Under the pieces are notes generated by a model. The model worked only from the letters and a program-made list of their open reading frames with translations. It did not search any database and was not told the origin of the DNA. 56,575 nucleotides of DNA from Candidatus Hydrogenedentota bacterium (GTDB taxonomy: Bacteria > Hydrogenedentota > Hydrogenedentia > Hydrogenedentales > SLHB01), in NCBI GenBank assembly GCA_029974275.1, contig JARKSN010000278.1:1-56575 (forward strand), written 5' to 3'. This document shows, in pieces, positions 49,994-56,575 of the stretch. Within the stretch, counting starts at the first letter, position 1. Every line of letters starts with the position of its first letter. A program made the translations under genes and the position numbers.

Positions 49994-50067
49994 GGGCACG
50001 GGGTTTGGAATGGGCGTGCAGCGCCGGACGGTTTCATTGCGGCGAGACATAAGCGGCGGGTAGAGAC

Positions 50068-51321
50068 ATGGATGCGATCACGATAACGCCTCGGCGGGAT
50101 TTGGACGCGACGGTTTCGATTCCGGGATCGAAGAGTTGCACGGCGCGGGCGTTGGTCATGGCGGGCCTGACGCGCGGGGAGAGCTGGCTCGAAGGCGCGG
50201 CGGATTGCGACGATGCAACGTACATGCTTTCGGGGCTGACCGGGCTGGGCGTTGCATGCACGCGCACCGACGAGGGGATTGCCGTATCGGGCGGGCCGTT
50301 TTGCGCGCCGTCCTCCCCGTTGTTCGTGGGAAATTCAGGCACGGCGATGCGCTTCCTTGCGGCGGCATGCGCGACGGTCGACGGCACGGTCATGTTCGAC
50401 GGCACAGAGCGCATGCGGCAGCGTCCTATTGACGATCTCGTCGCTGCCCTGGCCGGATGGGGCGTCGAGGCTTCGGCCCCGACGGGGTGTCCCCCGTTGA
50501 CGGTGCGCGCCACGGGCGCGTTCGGAGGGCGGACGCATATCCGCGGCAATGCAAGCAGTCAGTATCTGAGCGGCTTGTTGATGGCGGCGGCGTGCGCGAG
50601 CGATCCCGCCGAGATCATGGTGGACGGCGAACTTGTTTCGAAGCCGTACGTTGATCTGACCCTTGCGATGATGGCCGAGCGCGGCGTATCGGTCGCGCAC
50701 GAGGCGTATGCCGCGTTTTGCGTTCCTGCAGGCCAGAGATATGCGCCCGGGCGTTACGCCATCGAAGCGGACGCCTCGGGGGCGTCATATTTTCTGGCGG
50801 CGCCTGCGATTGCGGGCGGTCGCGTGCGCGTGCGGCATTTGACGCGGCGGTCGTTGCAGGGCGATGTGCAGTTTGCGGGCGTGCTGGAGCGCATGGGTTG
50901 CACGGTTGCCGAGGGGCCGGATTGGCTCGAGGTGCGATCGGACGGACGCGTGCGCGGCGTGGACATCGATCTGAATGCAATGCCCGACATGGCGCAAACG
51001 CTCGCGGTGACGGCGTTGTTTGCCGAGGGGCCGACGACCATTCGCAACGTCGGCAATCTGCGCATCAAAGAGTGCGATCGCATTCGGGCGACGGTCACGG
51101 AACTGCGCAAGCTGGGCGCGGAGGCGGAGGAATACGAGGACGGACTGCGCATCGTGCCCGGTCCGCTGCATGGCGCGGCTATCGACACGTACGAAGATCA
51201 CCGCATGGCGATGAGTTTCGCGATGGCGGGCCTGCGCATTCCAAACGTCCGGATCAACGATCCCGCCTGTGTGTCGAAGACGTTTCCCGATTTTTTCACG
51301 CGCTTTGGCGCGCTCCGTTGA
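50068..51321 (+). CDS. aroA: EPSP synthase
   Basis: PGSKS, GNSGTAMRF, SSQYLS, SKPY, RIKECDR, DHRMAM, KTFP. Confidence 0.96.
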   Translation: MDAITITPRRDLDATVSIPGSKSCTARALVMAGLTRGESWLEGAADCDDATYMLSGLTGLGVACTRTDEGIAVSGGPFCAPSSPLFVGNSGTAMRFLAAACATVDGTVMFDGTERMRQRPIDDLVAALAGWGVEASAPTGCPPLTVRATGAFGGRTHIRGNASSQYLSGLLMAAACASDPAEIMVDGELVSKPYVDLTLAMMAERGVSVAHEAYAAFCVPAGQRYAPGRYAIEADASGASYFLAAPAIAGGRVRVRHLTRRSLQGDVQFAGVLERMGCTVAEGPDWLEVRSDGRVRGVDIDLNAMPDMAQTLAVTALFAEGPTTIRNVGNLRIKECDRIRATVTELRKLGAEAEEYEDGLRIVPGPLHGAAIDTYEDHRMAMSFAMAGLRIPNVRINDPACVSKTFPDFFTRFGALR

Positions 51322-51364
51322 GGCGCCCTCCGGATGTTGGTAAACGTCCGGACGTTGCGCGCAA

Positions 51365-54300
51365 TCACGATGCGGCGACGTTCAACAGGGTCTTCAGGTC
51401 ATCAAAATCCCGTTCCGCCTGTTCGATCAGCCGCGAAAGGCGATCGATCTGCTTGTTTCTTCCCGCCGTTTCGATCTGCAGCGCAACGTTTCGCAGGGGT
51501 TCTGCGCCGAAGTTGGCGGCGGCCCCTTTCAGGGTGTGTCCGTGGCGCATCATCTTTTCGCAATCGCCTTCCATCAGCGCCTCTTTGAGGTTTGCAATCT
51601 GCCGGGGCGCGTCTTCCAGAAACAGCGCGACGATCTCCGCAAACAGATCCTCGTCTCCTTGCAGGCGGTTCAGGAGGCCCTCTCTATCGAAGAGGCTGCC
51701 CGTCTGGGCCCGTGGCGACGGAGGGGGCGGCGAAGTCGGCGTGAGGACGACGGACGATACGAGAGGCTTGTCGGCGAGCAGGCGCTCGATCGCATCGACG
51801 ATGGCTTGCGGCTGGATCGGCTTCGAGATGTAATCGTCCATGCCGCCGGCAAGACAGCGCTCTCGGTCGCCGGTCATGGCGTGGGCGGTCATGGCGACGA
51901 TGGGCGTGTGGCGGCCGGTTTTGGCTTCGAGGCGGCGGATTTGTTCGGTGGTTTCGAAGCCGTCCATCTCGGGCATTTGGACGTCCATGAACACGAGATC
52001 GTATTCACGCGCACGTACGGCGTCCAACGCCTGCTTGCCGTTGTTGGCGACGTCCGCCTGGAACCCGAGCTTTTCCAAAATGCGGAGCGCGACCTTTTGA
52101 TTTGTGGGATTATCCTCCGCCAGCAACATGCGTACGCGGCGCCGCTTCTCGTCGGCCAATTTGTGCCGCGTGATGAGGGCGTCGACGGGTCTGCTCGGGC
52201 GTGAGGCGGCGCCCTCCTGGGCGGCGGTCGCCATGGCGAGGCAGTCGTGAAGCGATGAAGCGCGGGTAGGCTTCGTTAAGTACGCGGCGAATCCGATTTC
52301 GCTGAAGCGCTTCGAGTCGCCGCGCTGTCCGCGCGAGGTCAACAACACGAGAATGACGTCGCGAATCTCGGGATCGGCCTTGATGGCTTTGCCCAGCGAG
52401 GCTCCGTCCATGTGGGGCATTTCCTGATCCAATATGGCCATATGGAACGGGGTTCCGTTTCGCGCCGCGCGCCGCAGCTTATCGAGGGCTTCCTCGCCGT
52501 TTGCGGCTTCATCCGCCTGGCAGCCCCAAGACCGCAACTGTTCGCGCACGACAAAACGGTTCGTGGCGTTATCGTCCACTGCGAGGACGCGGGCGCCGCG
52601 GATGTTTCCGGGCTTCGGGACGATCACGTCTCGGGGGACGGGGCGTTTTTCCAGCGCCGCCGTGAACCAGAACGTCGAGCCCTTGCCGCATTCGCTCTCG
52701 ACCCCAATCGCGCCGCCCATCATTTCGGCCAGTTTCTTCGAGATGGCCAGTCCGAGTCCCGTGCCGCCATACTTGCGCGTGGTGGAACCGTCGATCTGGG
52801 AGAACATCTGAAACAGCTTGCCCATCCGTTCCTTCGGAATGCCGATGCCGGTGTCGCGCACCTCGAAACGAATTCTCGCCATGACGTCCGTTTCGTCCTC
52901 GCAGGAAACATGGATGACAACCTCGCCTTCGGAGGTGAACTTAATGGCGTTCCCGGCGAGGTTGATGAGGACCTGGCGCAGCCGGCCCGGATCGCCGCGC
53001 AGGCAAGACGGCGTCTCCGGCTCGATGTAGCAGGCGAACTCGATGCTTTTTTCGTGGGCTTTCACGGCGAGCAAATCCATCGTGTCTTCGATGGTGGCGC
53101 GCAGATCGAAGTCGATCGCTTCGAGCCCGAGTTTGCCCGCCTCGATCTTGGAAAAATCGAGGATGTCGTTGATTAGGGATAGCAACGCCTCGCCCGACGA
53201 ACGCAGCGTCTCGACATAGTCGCGCTGTTCCGGCGTCAGATCGGTGTCGACGAGAAGCCCCGTCATGCCGATGACGCCGTTCATGGGCGTGCGTATCTCG
53301 TGGCTCATATTGGCCAGAAACTCGCTCTTGGCCATGTTGGCCACTTCGGCCTCGAGGGCGAGGCGGTTGGCCTGTTCGATGGCCGTCTCGAGTTGGCGGT
53401 TCGTGGCTTCGACGGACTCCTTGGCCCGGCGCAGATTTTCTTCCGCCTGCGTGCGCGCCGTAATGTCCATCGCGACGTGAACCACCCCTACGATGACGCC
53501 TTCGGCGTCGCGGACGGGATTGCTACGCGCGATCAAGGTGCGCCCATCCGGCGTGACGACTTCTGCTTCCTCGGCCTGGCCGGTTTCGAAAGATTTTGCG
53601 GCGGGGCAATCGGGACAGACCGATTCGCGGCCCTGGAGCAATCGGAAGCAGTGCTCGTGTGTGATGTCCTCCACGGGTGTGCGCACCTGTTCCCGGAAGG
53701 TGGCGTTGGCCCAAATCACCCGCATGTCGGCGTCGACGTATTCCACGATAACGTCCTTGAGTCCATTCAGAATGGCGGCCTTTTCGCGCTCTTCCGTGCG
53801 CAGGGCTTCTTCGGCGCGTTTCCGCTCGGTGTTGTCGCGCAGGATGCCGATCGCATGCCATTGCCCGCCCAACGAGGCCGATGAGAGGGAGAACTCCACA
53901 TCGATTTCGCGGCCATCCTTGCGTAACGCCTGCAACTCGAGGGTTTTGCCGATGGCGGCGCCTTCTCCCGACTGGCGCCAGCGGGGAAAGGCGCGCCGGT
54001 ACGCTTCCTGGAACGCCGGCGGCGTCAGCAGTTCGTGGAGGTCTCTGCCGAGGACTTCGTGGCGGGCATACCCGAGTATCGCTTCGGCGGCGGGGTTCCA
54101 GAAGGAAATCAAGCCCTCGTTGTCCATCATGATGATGGCATCCTGCGCGGAGACGCTTATGGCTCGAAAACGCTCCTCGCTGTCGCGCAAGGCCTGTTCG
54201 CGGCGCCGCTCGGCGCTTTGGTCGCGGAACACCAACACGACGCCAAGCATGGCGCCTCCTTCTTCCGTGCGAATGGGGGCGGCGCTGTCGGCGATGGGAT

Positions 54301-56311
54301 GTTCGGTTCCATCGCGGGCGATGAGCAGCGTATGGTTGGCGAGGGTGACCACGCTGTCCAGCCGCATGACCTTGTCGACCGGGCTCTCGAGGGGTTCGCG
54401 CGAATCCTCGTGGATGATGCGGAATACCTCGGCAAGAAGCTTTCCGAGGGCCTCGGCGGCGCTCCACCCCGTCAGGCGTTCCGCCTCGGGATTCATCTGC
54501 GTCACGCGGCCATGCGGGTCCGTCGCGATGACGGCGTCGCCGATGGATCGCAGCGTCACGGCCAGGTTGCGTTCGCTCTCCTTGATTGCTTCCTCGGCTT
54601 TTCGGCGTTCCGTGATGTTGATGGCGATGGCCACTGCTTGCGGGATGCCGCCGCCGGATTCGCTGACCGGCGAGAGGGTCACGTTGAAGACGAAGCTTTG
54701 GCTGTCGTCGGCCCGATGCGTCGCGTCGAAGGTTGCGCTCTCGCCTCTCCCTATCCGTTCGAGCGCGCGCTCCGCCTCGGCGCGCGTTTCAGGCGTCCAC
54801 AAATCGACGAACGCCGTTCCTTCGATGCGGGCGGCATTGGGACACAGGAGGGTTGCGCCGCGCTGATTCATGGCCAGCAGGCGCCCCGTGCGCTCCAGCA
54901 GCATTACCGCGTTGGGAGTCCCTTCCACCAGCGCGCGGTACAGGCTCTCGGCGCTGTATACGCGTTCCATGGAAAAGCGGATTCGTTGATGCGCCAGAAG
55001 AAAACTCAAGACAAACACCGCGGCCGCCAAGGTCAAGGCGATGGGAATGAGGCGCTGGGCGGCCACAACGCTTTCCCATTCCGCGGCGGGAATATCCGCC
55101 CCCGCGACGGCCAGCATTTCTCCGGTGTCCGGGTTGCGGACCGCCGCCAGGCCGCTGAACCACGTGCCGAAAGAGTCCGAAACAGGCCCCTCGACAAAAG
55201 GAGGACCGTCCTGGAAAAGAGCGCGCAATGCCGGGGTGGCGTAGGAATAGACCTCGCCCAATGGAGAGTAATCGGGCGAATCCGGAGGCTCGCTGTCCGC
55301 AAGAAACACAATATCGGAGCCCCGCGCCGCCAGTAGGTATACAAACCGGATGCGCGGCAGGGCGTTTCGCAAGGACGCGAGTTTTTCGCGGATATACGGA
55401 TAGGCCTCCGGTTCCATTCCGGTGGAGGCGGTCAGCAAAACGCGCACTTCCTCGTGGTCCATGCTCAGGGCGATCAGGCTGGTTTGCTCAAGAAGGTCGC
55501 GGCGCAGGTCTTGTTCGCTGTGCCGGCCTGTCAGCGCGGTGGCGACGGCTCCAATCACTACGATGACGACCAGGGAAACGATCGCGCGCCAGGTGGCGGA
55601 GTCAGCGGCGTATGCGGAAGGGGAACGCCGGATATTTCGCATCAAACAGGCGCCATGAAACATCCACAGGGCCATGGCGATGACGGCGGCAAGCAGGGCG
55701 CGAAGGAGTTGTATCGGAAAACCGGAGAACCCGAGAAACGCGTCGTGGTTGATCACCGAAGCAGGCGGCAACGAAGAATGTGGCGCGATCAAACCCGCCG
55801 CCACGGCATACGCCGCCATTGCCGCCGCGGAAATTCGAAGCCAGCCGCATGGGCGTTCCCCCATTCCGCTCAGCCGCCGCAGAACCCATGCGGACCCCAT
55901 GCCGCCCGGAAAACCGAGGAAATAGCGGCACGATCCATGGAGCGCTTCCGGGCCGGCGATTCCTCCCAGGGCGGCCAGCGCCACCAGTGGAATGAATATC
56001 CACCGACCGAGGGCCTTTCCCCGAATGTGCCCATGCCCGGCGCGTGCAAACTCGATCAGGAACAGAAACGACGCGGTCATGATCGCCAGGCGGAGCCACC
56101 GAAACGCGGGCGCGTCGCCGATGCTGATGGCGATCAGATCGCTCCATTCGTTGAGACCATGGACAAGGGCGAACAACGCCAGCCACTGCCAAGGAATGCC
56201 GGATCGGTCTTGCTGCCGCAGCACGACGCAGACGCCGGCTAGCAGGAGAAAGGAAAGGCCGTGCACGAAAAAAATGTAGTCCATGTGTGTGCTGAAGAAC
56301 GTGGCGGTCAT
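51365..56311 (-). CDS. Hybrid sensor histidine kinase (multi-TM and periplasmic sensors, four PAS, HisKA, HATPase, two REC, Hpt)
   Basis: [56 protein letters not shown]. Confidence 0.95.
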   Translation of the reverse strand: MTATFFSTHMDYIFFVHGLSFLLLAGVCVVLRQQDRSGIPWQWLALFALVHGLNEWSDLIAISIGDAPAFRWLRLAIMTASFLFLIEFARAGHGHIRGKALGRWIFIPLVALAALGGIAGPEALHGSCRYFLGFPGGMGSAWVLRRLSGMGERPCGWLRISAAAMAAYAVAAGLIAPHSSLPPASVINHDAFLGFSGFPIQLLRALLAAVIAMALWMFHGACLMRNIRRSPSAYAADSATWRAIVSLVVIVVIGAVATALTGRHSEQDLRRDLLEQTSLIALSMDHEEVRVLLTASTGMEPEAYPYIREKLASLRNALPRIRFVYLLAARGSDIVFLADSEPPDSPDYSPLGEVYSYATPALRALFQDGPPFVEGPVSDSFGTWFSGLAAVRNPDTGEMLAVAGADIPAAEWESVVAAQRLIPIALTLAAAVFVLSFLLAHQRIRFSMERVYSAESLYRALVEGTPNAVMLLERTGRLLAMNQRGATLLCPNAARIEGTAFVDLWTPETRAEAERALERIGRGESATFDATHRADDSQSFVFNVTLSPVSESGGGIPQAVAIAINITERRKAEEAIKESERNLAVTLRSIGDAVIATDPHGRVTQMNPEAERLTGWSAAEALGKLLAEVFRIIHEDSREPLESPVDKVMRLDSVVTLANHTLLIARDGTEHPIADSAAPIRTEEGGAMLGVVLVFRDQSAERRREQALRDSEERFRAISVSAQDAIIMMDNEGLISFWNPAAEAILGYARHEVLGRDLHELLTPPAFQEAYRRAFPRWRQSGEGAAIGKTLELQALRKDGREIDVEFSLSSASLGGQWHAIGILRDNTERKRAEEALRTEEREKAAILNGLKDVIVEYVDADMRVIWANATFREQVRTPVEDITHEHCFRLLQGRESVCPDCPAAKSFETGQAEEAEVVTPDGRTLIARSNPVRDAEGVIVGVVHVAMDITARTQAEENLRRAKESVEATNRQLETAIEQANRLALEAEVANMAKSEFLANMSHEIRTPMNGVIGMTGLLVDTDLTPEQRDYVETLRSSGEALLSLINDILDFSKIEAGKLGLEAIDFDLRATIEDTMDLLAVKAHEKSIEFACYIEPETPSCLRGDPGRLRQVLINLAGNAIKFTSEGEVVIHVSCEDETDVMARIRFEVRDTGIGIPKERMGKLFQMFSQIDGSTTRKYGGTGLGLAISKKLAEMMGGAIGVESECGKGSTFWFTAALEKRPVPRDVIVPKPGNIRGARVLAVDDNATNRFVVREQLRSWGCQADEAANGEEALDKLRRAARNGTPFHMAILDQEMPHMDGASLGKAIKADPEIRDVILVLLTSRGQRGDSKRFSEIGFAAYLTKPTRASSLHDCLAMATAAQEGAASRPSRPVDALITRHKLADEKRRRVRMLLAEDNPTNQKVALRILEKLGFQADVANNGKQALDAVRAREYDLVFMDVQMPEMDGFETTEQIRRLEAKTGRHTPIVAMTAHAMTGDRERCLAGGMDDYISKPIQPQAIVDAIERLLADKPLVSSVVLTPTSPPPPSPRAQTGSLFDREGLLNRLQGDEDLFAEIVALFLEDAPRQIANLKEALMEGDCEKMMRHGHTLKGAAANFGAEPLRNVALQIETAGRNKQIDRLSRLIEQAERDFDDLKTLLNVAAS

Positions 56312-56439
56312 GCGTGTTTAGTCCTCACTCAGCGATCGGGCGGCATGCGCGGTTGCGCGAGACCATGACTCCGGATGAGCATCCGCAGAGGATAGTAGCA
56401 CACGCTTGCCCGTTTGGCGAGCAAAGAATCGGTTAGGCG

Positions 56440-56575
56440 CAGGGCTATCGCATTAAAAGTCACATAGCCAGGAGGATTTCCTTGAGGTAGTCGTTGTCCC
56501 ATCCGGCGATTTTTCGTTTTCCTTTGATGCTGGCTTTCTTGGTGGTGTTGGCTTTGAGCGCGTTCAGGGCGATTT
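56440..56575 (-). mobile_element. ISAs1-family IS right end with transposase 3' fragment (stop at 56460-56462)
   Basis: Minus strand reads IALNALKANTTKKASIKGKRKIAGWDNDYLKEILLAM*, the typical ISAs1 C-terminus; IR CAGGGCTATCGCATTAAAA at 56440-56458. Confidence 0.88.

Overview
High-GC bacterial chromosomal segment. The style of its secreted dockerin/FGE-domain and Gly-Cys-Pro signal-peptide proteins suggests Candidatus Hydrogenedentota, but this is inference only. Both edges are ISAs1-family IS ends: a 19-bp inverted repeat at 80-98 and 56440-56458, with a transposase 3' end at the right edge. Most of the window is housekeeping: ftsY, yhaM, yceD-rpmF-plsX-fabD-fabG, nadX, rplU-rpmA-obgE, exbB-exbD-exbD, ileS-dksA-lspA-lgt, pilT, cysK-metY-metXW fusion, tatA, thyX-nrdJ, a DegT aminotransferase, lplA, aroA and a large hybrid histidine kinase. 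The most unusual structure is non-coding: a GTAG-type REP palindrome family occurring as singles and pairs, and as a 1-kb tandem array of four ~243-bp three-hairpin units alternating A/B. A solo unit lies 36 kb away, and one hairpin module also occurs alone beside a GxxExxY gene remnant. An inverted REP pair brackets a low-GC two-gene island. Other items of note are a DnaA-AAA+/coiled-coil fusion, a possible orphan DGR target, an NtrC-type activator with Glu at the phosphoacceptor site, tandem NrdR-like boxes before thyX-nrdJ and a Fur-like operator before cysK. No rRNA, tRNA or CRISPR array was recognised. All calls come from motif recognition by eye; no searches were run.
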